A stretch of 64,000 bases of DNA from Sphyrna mokarran. Its lineage: Eukaryota. Each line of letters starts with the position of its first letter. Within the stretch, counting starts at the first letter, position 1. The translations under genes and the position numbers were made by a program. The DNA lies in the NCBI GenBank assembly GCA_024679065.1, contig JAGIQG010000043.1, forward strand, positions 2,542,001 through 2,606,000. Reading direction: 5' to 3'. The notes below the pieces were generated by a model. That model made no database searches and was not told the origin of the DNA. It saw nothing but the letters and a program-made list of their open reading frames with translations. This document shows, one piece after another, positions 37,301 through 49,300 of the stretch.

Positions 37301-40300
37301 GCTATTGAAAGTAGGATTCTCTCGGGATCTTACAGAAATCTTGGAAAATAGAGACTCACGTCGCTGGAATCAGTTTGCTAATGGAAACAGGTTTGACAAA
37401 ATGTAATTCAGAGAAAATGGGCGATGGTGAACTTTGCACATGGTTCTACTCACGTTTCATCCTGGGATCCTTGGGTTCCTTTCCGTCTGTCTTCTAAAAT
37501 AAAAGAACGTAAAATTAGCTAATTAAAAACTCCAAAGAGTAAATCGTATTGGAGAAACAGATATTAAAGTCTCCCAGATAATCATTAATCCTCACCTGAT
37601 CTGCCATTTTTACAACTCCAAATGGAAATAAGGACTAGCAGTAGAATCAGTATGACCAGGATAGGAATTCCAACAAAAACCGTCTGTCTGCACCATTCTA
37701 TAGAGATAAAACAGTTAGAAATTGCGACCGGTCAAATCATTCTTTCCCAGAGTTCTCCGAAGGAAAACATGACCCAGTTAAAATGTTGGAGTCACCAAAT
37801 CGCAGGGTGAATGTGGAAAATAAAACACAATTAGTGGAATGGAGAGTGGAGAATGAATACGCAGAATAGGAATGATTACACAATATTTGCTAGTGGAGAC
37901 AATCTAATTAACAACAGTGTCAGAGTTTTCCAACATTCACAGTGTATCAGTATGTACAATACATAAGACCATAAGATGCAGGATCAGAATTCGGCCTTTG
38001 GCTAATCTGCCTCGCCATTCGATCATGGCTGATATGTCTCTCATTTCCATTCTCCTGCTTTTTCTACACAACCCATGATCCTCTTACTCATCAAGAACTG
38101 ATCCAACTCTGTCTTAGAAACATTCAATGACATACCCCCCACAGCATTCTACGCCAACGAGTTCCACGGATTCAGCATTTTCTGACTAAAGAAAAATCGT
38201 CCTCATCTCTGTTTTAAAGGTTCGTCCCTTTGGACTGAAGTTACGGCCTCTGGTTCTAGTTTTTCCTATAGTGGTAACATCCTCTCCACGCCCACTCTAT
38301 CCAGACTTCGCAGTATCCTGTCAATTTTAATTAGATTCCACCCCCACCTCCCTGCCTCATCCGTCTAGACTGCAACGAGAACAGACACAGAGTCCTCAAT
38401 CACTCCTCATATACAAGCGCTTCATGCCAGGGATCATTCTTGTGAACCTCCTCTGGACAGTTTCCACGGCCAACACACATTTCCGTAGACATGTAGAAAA
38501 CATCGTAGAAAAATCTTATTTGTGAACAGAATCATAGGGCGTTAATGTCCAGAAGGAATATCTTCAGCTCATCCTTCCAATTTGGTCTTTTTGATTGTCC
38601 CAACTTCAACTCTTTGTTTCTCCCGTAGTCCTGAAACCAACGTGTTTGTTCAATTCTACTTTTGGAAGTGCTTGTTGAATCCATGCACACCATCTTTTTT
38701 CAGATTCTCATTCTAGATTCCAAAGCGCCATTTTAGAACATCGCACAAACAGCACAAACAGGCCCTTCGGCCCACAAGTTGCGCCGATCATATTCATACC
38801 TACCTTTCTGGGCGTTCAGATCAGCAACAACCTGCCCTGCTCGCTCCACGCCGATGCTACCATCAAGAAAACCCACTAAAGCATCCACTTTCTCAGCGGC
38901 GTAAAGAAATTCTGCTCCGACTCTCATCAATTTACACAGATGCAGCATGGTATATCACAACTTCTACTCTGTCCAAGACCCCAAGAAAACCACAAAATGT
39001 CGTGAACCAAGTCCAATCCATCATGTAAACTAATCTTCCATCCATTAACTCTGAGCAATCTTTCCGCTGCCTCGAAAAACAGCCAGCATAATCAAGGCTT
39101 CATGCACCCCGGACATTCCCTCTTCCATATTCTTCCATCGAGGAAAAGATGCAAAAGTTTGAGCAAGAACAGCTTCTTCCCTGCTGCCATCGGACTTTGA
39201 ATAGAAGTACTTTATATTAAGTTGACCTTTCCCGAAAAATTATGAGTGACTGCAAAGCAGATTCTGCCCATTTTCCTTCCCTTCCCCCAAACTACTCGGA
39301 ACGCTTTGTCTATATAGGATTAAGGAGAATCCTAAAGCTTTCTTTCGATATGTTAAGAATAGAAGATTGGTTAGGGCAAGATTAGGGCCAGTCATAGATA
39401 GCAGTGGGAAGTTGTGCGTGGAGCCTGAATAGATTGGCGAGGCACTGAATAAATATTTCTCTTCGGTATTCACGCAGAGTGCTGGAAATGTAGCTGTGGA
39501 GAGCACTGAGGTACAGGGTTGCAAATTGGGGAGTATTGTAGTAGATAGGGAGGATGTGTTAGAAATTCTCGAGGGTTTGAAGTTGGATAAGTCCCCTGGG
39601 CCGGACGGGATTTACCCTAGGATTCTCTGGGAGGCAAGAGAGGAGATTGCAGAGCCTCTGGCTCTGATCTTCAGGTCCTCGTTGGTTACGGGTGTGGTTC
39701 CGGAGGACTGGAGGATGGCGAATGTGGTCCCATTGTTTAAGAGGGGAAGAGAGACCTTCCTGGGAATTATAGGCCAGTGAGTCTTACTTCTGTGGTGGGC
39801 AAGGTATTGGAGAGAATTATTAGGGATAGGATTTATAGTTATTTGGAGAGAAATGAATTGATTGGGGATAGTCAGCATGGTTTCGTGAAGGGTAGGTCAT
39901 GCCTTACTAACCTCATTGAGTTTTTTGAGAAAGTGACCAGAGAGGTGGATGGGGGTAAGGCGGTTGATGTAGTATATATGGACTTTAGTAAGGCTTTTGA
40001 TAAGGTGGCCCATGGAAGACTTCTACAGAAAATGCAGATGTGTGGAATAGAGGGTGATTTAGCTAATTGGATTAGAAATTGGCTGGCAGATAGAAGACAG
40101 AGGGTGGTGGTTGATGGGAGATTTTCTTCGTGGAGTTCGGTGACGAGTGGTGTGCCTCAGGGGTCTGTTTTGGGGCCCCTGCTGTTTGTAATTTTTATAA
40201 ATGATCTGGATGAGGGTATTGAGGGATGGATCAGTAAATTTGCAGATGATACTAAAGTTGGTGGTGTGGTAGATAGTGAAGAGGGGTGTTTTAGTTTACA

Positions 40301-43300
40301 GAGTGACTTGGACAAGTTGCAGAGCTGGGCCGAGAGGTGGCAAATGGAGTTTAATGTGGAAAAGTGTGAGGTAATGCACTTTGGCAGGAACAATAAATGT
40401 GTAGAGTATAGGGCTAATGGTAGGGCTCTTAATAGTGTTGAGGAACAGAAGGATCTTGGTGTATGTGTCAATAGATCCCTGAAAGTAGGCAGTCAAGTGG
40501 ATAAAGTTGTTAAGAATGCTTATGGAGTCTTAGCTTTTATTGGTAGGGGGATTGAATTTAGGAGCCGCAGCATCATGTTGCAGCTGTACAAAACTCTAGT
40601 GCGGCCGCACTTGGAGTATTGTGTGCAGTTCTGGTCGCCACATTATAAGAAAGATGTGGAGGCATTGGAGAGGGTACAGAGGAGGTTTACTAGGATGTTG
40701 CCTGGTATGGAGGGCAGGTCCTATGAAGAGAGGTTGAAGGATTTGAGGTTGTTTTCGTTAGAAAGGAGGCGGCTAAGGGGGATCTTATTGAAGCATATAA
40801 GATGATTAGAGGTTTGGATAGGGTGGACAGTGATAGCCTTTTTCCTAGGATGGAGAAAGCTAGCACGAGGGGACACAACTTTAAATTAAGGGGTATGAGT
40901 TATAGGACGGATATCAGAGGTAGGTTCTTTACTCAAAGAGTGATTAGGGAGTGGAATGCCCTGCCTGCAGCTGTTGTAGATGCGCCAAGTTTGGTGGCGT
41001 TTAAGAGGTTAGTTGATAAGTATATGGATGAGAAGGGAATGGTTTAGTTAGGAGGGGCATTGCTTTTTATTTTGGTCGGCACAACATCGAGGGCCGAAGG
41101 GCCTGTTCTGTGCTGTATTGTTCTATGTTCTATGTTCTATGTTCTATATAGTCAATAAGATACAATAATTTTAACTATAACCTAATACATGTGACAATAA
41201 TTAATCAAATTAAATCTATGTACTCTGAAAAGTATGCTATTTCTGTAAAGTGCGGAAGAAGTAATACAAAGAACAAAGAACAAGACAGCACGGGAAACAG
41301 GCCCTTCGGCCTAACGAGCGCCACCCCGATGTTCCCACCTCTCCCCACGATCCAAGTCCATGTTTATAGATCTATGGATTATAAACCAAGTTTGAAACAA
41401 GTTAGGGAGAATTTGTTTTGCCAATTAGCCTATGAGCACATCTTTGGGATGTGGGAGGAAACCGGAGCTCCCGGAGAAAACCCACGCAAGCACGGGGAGA
41501 ATGTGCAAACTCCCACAGACACAGGCCCAAATCCATGTATCTGCACAGCACAGCGATAGCCCCTGAGCTGTCGTGTTGCCCATCAGATGGTCCAGGTCAA
41601 GCATACACTAACAACGTGAAGCAGTAGGATACTCTCGAGAAAGATCCAAGAGCAGTCCTCTCACGACCCATCGCGTGTATGCTCCTTGTTCGACAACAAG
41701 GTGGACCAAAGCACCTGTAGGATATGAACAAGTACATCAATATCATCATCAATTTACACACTTCCCAGGGACTCCCATTGCTCATGATTCCTATTTTAAA
41801 TCAGTTTTGAGGCTACATTGGATTTGGTGCTGGGCAATGAGCCAGACCAGGTGTTAGGCTTGGAAGTTAGTGAACATTTTGGTGACAGTGACCACAATTC
41901 GTTTACGTTCACCTTAGTGATGGACAGGGATAGGCATGAAGCTGGGGGCAGTAGTTATAGCTGGGGGAAGGGTAATTATGAGGCCATCAGGAGAGAATTA
42001 GGGTGCATAGATTGGACTAGGAAACTACAGGGACTGGGAACATCTGGAATGTGGAGCTTATTCAAGGAGCAGCTGCTGCGAGTCCTTGATAAGTATGTCC
42101 CTGTCAGGCAGGGAGGAAATGGTCGAGTAAGAGAGCCTTGGTGTACGAAAAAAGTTGATTTGCTGGTTAAGAAGAAAAAGGAGGCTTATGTCAGGATGAG
42201 GCTNNNNNNNNNNNNNNNNNNNNNNNNNNNNNNNNNNNNNNNNNNNNNNNNNNNNNNNNNNNNNNNNNNNNNNNNNNNNNNNNNNNNNNNNNNNNNNNNN
42301 NNNTCCATGTTTATAGATCTATGGATTATAAACCAAGTTTGAAACAAGTTAGGGAGAATTTGTTTTGCCAATTAGCCTATGAGCACATCTTTGGGATGTG
42401 GGAGGAAACCGGAGCTCCCGGAGAAAACCCACGCAAGCACGGGGAGAATGTGCAAACTCCCACAGACACAGGCCCAAATCCATGTATCTGCACAGCACAG
42501 CGATAGCCCCTGAGCTGTCGTGTTGCCCATCAGATGGTCCAGGTCAAGCATACACTAACAACGTGAAGCAGTAGGATACTCTCGAGAAAGATCCAAGAGC
42601 AGTCCTCTCACGACCCATCGCGTGTATGCTCCTTGTTCAGCAACAAGGTGGACCAAAGCACCTGTAGGATATGAACAAGTACATCAATATCATCATCAAT
42701 TTACACACTTCCCAGGGACTCCCAATGCTCATGATTCCTATTTTAAATCAGTTTTGAGGCTACATTGGATTTGGTGCTGGGCAATGAGACAGACCAGGTG
42801 TTAGGCTTGGAAGTTAGTGAACATTTTGGTGACAGTGACCACAATTCGTTTACGTTCACCTTAGTGATGGACAGGGATAGGCATGAAGCTGGGGGCAGTA
42901 GTTATAGCTGGGGGAAGGGTAATTATGAGGCCATCAGGAGAGAATTAGGGTGCATAGATTGGACTAGGAAAACTACAGGGACTGGGAACATCTGGAATGT
43001 GGAGCTTATTCAAGGAGCAGCTGCTGCGAGTCCTTGATAAGTATGTCCCTGTCAGGCAAGGAGGAAATGGTCGAGTAAGAGAACCTTGGTGTACAAAAAA
43101 AGTTGATTTGCTGGTTAAAAGGAAAAAGGAGGCTTATGTCAGGATGAGGCTTGAAGGCTCAGTTAGTGCAATGGATAGCTATAGATTAGCCAGGAAGGAG
43201 CTAAAAAGTGAATTGAGGAGAGCTAAGAGGGGACACGAGAAGATGTTGGCTGATAGGATTAAGGAGAATCCTAAAGCTTTCTTTCGATATGTTAAGAATA

Positions 43301-46300
43301 GAAGATTGGTTAGGGCAAGATTAGGGCCAGTCATAGACAGCAGTGGGAAGTTGTGCGTGGAGCCTGAAGAGATTGGAGAGGCACTGAATAAATATTTCTC
43401 TTCGGTATTCACGCAGGGTGATGTAAATGTAGTTATGGAGAACACTGAGGTACAGGGTAGCAAACTGGAAAGTATCGAAGTAGATAGGGAGGATGTGCTA
43501 GATATTCTCGAGGGTTTGAAGTTGGATAAGTCCCCGGGCCGGACGGGATTTACCCTAGGATTCTCTGGGAGGCAAGAGAGGAGATTGCAGAGCCTCTGGC
43601 TCTGATCTTCAGGTCCTCGTTGGTTACGGGTGTGGTTCCGGAGGACTGGAGGATAGCGAATGTGGTCCCATTGTTTAAGAAGGGGAAGAGAGACCTTCCA
43701 GGGAATTATAGGCCAGTGAGTCTTACTTCTGTTGCGGGCAAAGTATTGGAGAGAATATTAGGGATAGGATTTATAGTTATTTAGAGAGAAATGAATTGAT
43801 TGGGGATAGTCAGCATGGTTTCGTGAAGGGTAGGTCATGCCTTACTAACCTCATTGAGTTTTTTGAAAAAGTGACCAAAAAGGTGGATGGGGGTAAGGCG
43901 GTTGATGTAGTATATATGGACTTTAGTAAGGCGTTTGATAAGGTGGCCCATGAAGACTTCTACAGAAAATGCAGATGTATGGAATAGAGGGTGATTTAGC
44001 TAATTGGATTAGGAATTGGCTAGCAGATAGAAGACAGAGGGTGGTGGTTGATGGGAGATATTCATCGTGGAGTTCGGTGACAAGTGGTGTACCTCAGGGG
44101 TCTGTTTTGGGGCCCCTGCTGTTTGTAATTTTTATAAATGATCTGGATGAGGGTATTGAGGGATGGATCAGTAAATTTGCAGATGACACTAAAGTCGGTG
44201 GAGTGGTAGATAGTGAAGAGGGGTGTTATAGTTTACAGAGTGACTTGGACAAGTTGCAGAGCTGGGCCGAGAGGTGGCAAATGGAGTTAATGTGGAAAAG
44301 TGTGAGGTAATGCACTTTGGCAGGAACAATAAATGTGTAGAGTATAGGGCTAAAGGTAGGGCTCTTAATAGTGTTGAGGAACAGAAGGATCTTGGTGTAT
44401 GTGTCAATAGATCCCTGAAAGTAGGCAGTCAAGTGGATAAAGTTGTTAAAAAGGCATATGGAGTCTTAGCTTTTATTGGTAGGGGGATTGAATTTAGGAG
44501 CCGCAGCATCATGTTGCAACTGTACAAAACTCTAGTGCGGCCGCACTTGGAGTATTGTGTGCAGTTCTGGTCCCCACATTATAAGAAAGATGTGGAGGCA
44601 TTGGAGAGGGTACAGAGGAGGTTTACCAGGATGTTGCCTGGTATGGAGGGCAGGTCCTATGAAGAGAGGTTGAAGGATTTGAGGTTGTTTCGTTAGAAAG
44701 GAGGCGGCTAAGAGGGGATCTTATTGAAGCATATAAGATGATTAGAGGTTTAGATAGGGTGGACAGTGATAGCCTTTTTCCTAGGATGGAGAAAGCTAGC
44801 ACGAGGGGACACAGCTTTAAATTAAGGGGTATGAGTTATAGGACGGATATCAGAGGTAGGTTCTTTACTCAAAGAGTGATTAGGGAGTGGAATGCCCTGC
44901 CTGCAGCTGTTGTAGATGCGCCAAGTTTGGTGGCGTTTAAGAGGTTAATTGATAAGTATATGGAAGAGAAGGAATGGTTTAGTTTGGAGGGGCATTGCTT
45001 TTTATTTTGGTCGGCACAACATCGAAGGCCGAAGGGCCTGTTCTGTGCTGTAGTGTTCTATGTTCTATGTTCTATGTTCTATCCCTCCATTCCCATTCTG
45101 TTCATGTGCCCATCTAAGTATTTCTTAAATAGCTCCAGAGTACCTGCCTCCACCACTTTACTTGGCAGCGCATTCCATAGCCCCACCACCCTCTGTGTGA
45201 AAAAACTCCCGCTAGCATCCAAATTATACCTTACCCCCCTCACCCTTAGCCCGTGTTCCCTCGTGCTATTTGAGTCCTTCCTAGGAAACAGCTTAACCCT
45301 GTTTAGTCTATCAATCCCCTTCAAAATCTTGTACACCTCTATCAGATCTCCTCTAACTCTACGTCTTTCTAAGGAAAACAGTCCCAATTTGCCTAATCTC
45401 TCCTCATAATTCAGACCTTCCATACCAGGCAGCATCCTGGTAAACCTCCTCTGCACTCTCTCCAGAGTCTCCACGTCCTCCTGGTAGTAAGGCGACCAGA
45501 ACTGGGCGCAGTATTCCAAATGAGGTCTAATCAGCGTTTTATACAATTGCAACATTAAAGGCCAGCTCTTGTACTCTATACCCCTTCCTATAAAGGCTAA
45601 CATACTATATGCTTTCTTCACAACCTTCTCCACTTGCTTTGCCACCTTCTGAGACTTGTTCACCTGCACCCCCAGGTCCCTCTGCGTTTCTATACTATTA
45701 ATAGGTCTATCCTTTATCATATACCTCCCCGCTACATTCTTTCTCCCGAAATGCATCACCTCACATTTATCAGGATTGAATTCCATCTGCCACCTGTCTG
45801 GCCAAGCTACCAGCCTATTTATGTCCTGCTACATCGCCTGACAATGCTCCTCACTATCCGCAAGTCCAGCCATCTTTGTATCGTCTGCAAACTTGCTGAT
45901 CACTCCACTTACTCCCTCTTCCAAGTCATTTATATATATTACAAATAGAAGACGTCCCAGTACTGAGCCCTGCGGCACACCACTAGTGACTGACCTCCAG
46001 CTAGAGAAATACCCTTCCACTATTACCTCTGTCTCCATTACCAAACCAGTTACTTATCCATCTAGCTACCTGTCCTTGTATCCCATTTGCCTTGACCTTC
46101 TCGACTAAGCTCCCATGAGGGACTTTGTCAAACGCCTTACTAAAATCCAAATAGACAACATCAATGGCTCGCCCTTCGTCCACTGATTTCGTCACCTCCT
46201 CAAAAAATTCTACCAGATTTGTAATACCTTTCACTGTATCCCAATACATGTGACAATTATAAGGTAAATCGATGTATTCTATGAATGGTATGCTTTGTCA

Positions 46301-49300
46301 GTACAGCACGCAAGAAACAATACTTTTCACTGTAGCCCGATACATGTGACAAGAAAAAAATCAAATCGATGTACTCTGTGAATGGTATGCTTTATCCGTA
46401 GAATGCGCAGGAAACAATATTTTTCACTGTATTGGAATACATGTGACAATAATAAATCAGATTTACGTACTCTATGAACGGTATGATTTATCTGTAGAAT
46501 GCGCAGGAAACTATATTTTTAACTGTATCCCATTACATATGGCAATAACAAATGAAATCTATGTACTGTATGGACGGTATGCTTTGTCTATATAGCGTAC
46601 AAGAAACAATATTTTTCACTGCATCCCAATACATGTGACAATAATAAACCAAATTAATGTACTCAGTGAAGGTATACTTTGTCTGTATAGAACACAAGAA
46701 AAGCTACTTTTCACTGTATCCCAATGCATGTGAGAATAATAAATCAAATCAGATCAAGTTGATTGTGACTGACAGTTAACTGCCACTGGTGTCGCTAGTG
46801 TTTCTTTTGCCAATCTATTTATAATATCTCCCTCTTGTTCTTGGCTCTCTCTGCGAATGTGAATCAGTTTTCCTCTCTGCTCTGTCCAGTCATTTCAGGA
46901 TTCTCAACTCCCTTTTCACATCTCCTCTCAACATTGTGCTAGCTAAATAATTTTTCAAAGCTATCCAATTAACTGAAGTTCCTCATGTTTATGACCATCC
47001 TGGTCAATCTTGTTTCTGCAATCGCTTCGTATTTCTCTTAAATTGCAGCGCCAGTAACTGAACACCATTAAGACGGAAGCAGAATTTTGCGAGGTTTCGC
47101 TATTAATTTGATGTATTATCATTGTCACAGTCATTCGTAAAAGAATTGTGAAAAGCATTGTTTCTTGCGTGCTACATATATTGTTCATAGATACATATAG
47201 ATTTGATTTGATCTGGTTTGATTTATTAAGAACAAAGGGCAAAGAATATTATAGGTCAGAAATTGACTCTTCGGCCCTCCAAACCTGCACGAACCATGCT
47301 GACCAACTGAACTTTAACCCCTTACACTACCACGGACCATATCCTTCTGTTACCATCCTATTCATGGGTTTCTCAATACGCCCCTTAAAAATCACTATCA
47401 TATCTATATTTATTATTGACACATGTATTGGGATGCAGTGAAAAAAAAGATTTTTTTTGCACGCTACACAGACGAAACAGATCGTCAATAGAGGTCATAG
47501 GGGAGAGGGATAGAAAGGGATGCAGTATATATTGGCGGAGTCATATCTCGGGTGTCGAGAAAAAAAAACAGCTTAACATAAAAGCAAAATATTGCCGATA
47601 TTGGAATTGCAAAAATAATACAGAAAAAAATGGAAAATCTCAGCAAGGCTGACAGCACCTATGGGAAGAGAAAAGGGCCAATATTTGGAGTCTCGATGAC
47701 CCTCTGTCAGAGCTCTGGAGAAGAGTCATCTAGACTCAAAACGTGGGCTGTTTTCTATCTCCACAGATACAGTCAGACCTGCTGAGATTTTCCAGCAGTT
47801 TCTGCTTTAACAAAAGTTATATCCATTCAAAAGCCTGACGGCAGCAAGAGAAAAGCTGGTCTTGATTCAGTTGGCAAGGAATTTCAGGCTTGTGTACTTT
47901 TTTCCACGGAGAGACGCGTTTGACAGGATGTCTGGGGTAAGTGGGGTCTTCGATTGTGCTGGCCGATGGAGCAGGAATTTGCTTCACTCTTTTTCGATTC
48001 TCTGACTCAATTTCAAAAGATCTGAACTTCTGTGCTTTCCTAACCATCTGCCATCTTCAGTGATTTACAGGTGGCAGCACTGTGGCACAGCACTTAGCCC
48101 TACCACTAAAACGTCGCCAGGGCGCCACTTTCAATTCCTAGGTGCTTGCCAGTGTGGAGTTAACATTTGCCCCGCTCTGTACTTGTCTTTCCTCCAGGTA
48201 CTCTGGGCCAAAGTTGTTAGTTGGACATCTCGAGATGTCCATCTTGAGAAAGGTCAATTGATATAAAGTAAGTCCTTTCAAAGTCTGTTGGCAGGTTAGT
48301 TGAATTGGCCATACTAAATTACCCCTTAGAGTTCAGCAATGTTCGGTTTGGATGGAATGGCCAAGCTAAATTGGCCCTTCGTTGTACACAATTCGCCATT
48401 CCCTGGATTTGTCATGCTAAACTTAGTGTCCTTTAGTGTCCCAAGATGTGGGATTAGAGGGCTAAGTAGGTGAGGTTACGGGGATAGGGACCTCGGTAAA
48501 TGCTCTGATGGCAAGTCGGTGAAGATTTGATGACCCAAGTGTCTCCTTCTGTACTGCGGGTTTGTATGATTCGTGTAGATTCAGGGCCAGGAAATTATTT
48601 ACCGTGTGATTGACAGTTTGGAATCATTTCCAACAATCCAAGTTCAATATTTGCTCTTAATTCCTACAACGAAGAAGCATTGGGACGGATATAGTCCATT
48701 CAGCCCATCGAGTCTACTTCCATATGATCATGAGACGGTATGGTGACACAAAGGGTTAGCATTACGACCTGACAACTGGTCTGGGTTCAATTCCCAGCTC
48801 CGATCATTCTCAGTGTGTAGTTTTCACTTTCTCTGCGTGGGTTTCTTCCAGGTACTCTGGTTTCCTCCCACAGTAAAGTTTGACAATACCAAATTAAATC
48901 CAACCGATTTCTTTGATAGTAAATCTGCGAGAGTAAAATTGGTGTTGTCAAACTTTACTGAGTTTACCCCAGTCCAACGCCGGCATCCATCCATCAATCT
49001 TCCCACAGTCCAAAGATTTGTGGGTTCGGTGGATTGGCCATGCCATATTGCTCCTTAGTTTCAGAGGGACTAGCTACTATAAACTGATGGGTTATGGGGT
49101 TCGGCTGGGTAGGATTGCTATCGCTGTAGACTCGATAGGCCGAATGGCCTCCGTCTGCACTGCAGGATTCTATTATGCTCTGGTTGATTAATGATATATT
49201 AAGTTACTGACATCAGGATGTTAAATTTACATTTAAATTGTGTCTATGTGTGAGTAGGCTGATGTAAATTGATGAACAGGAAGCAAAATGAAATCAATTC

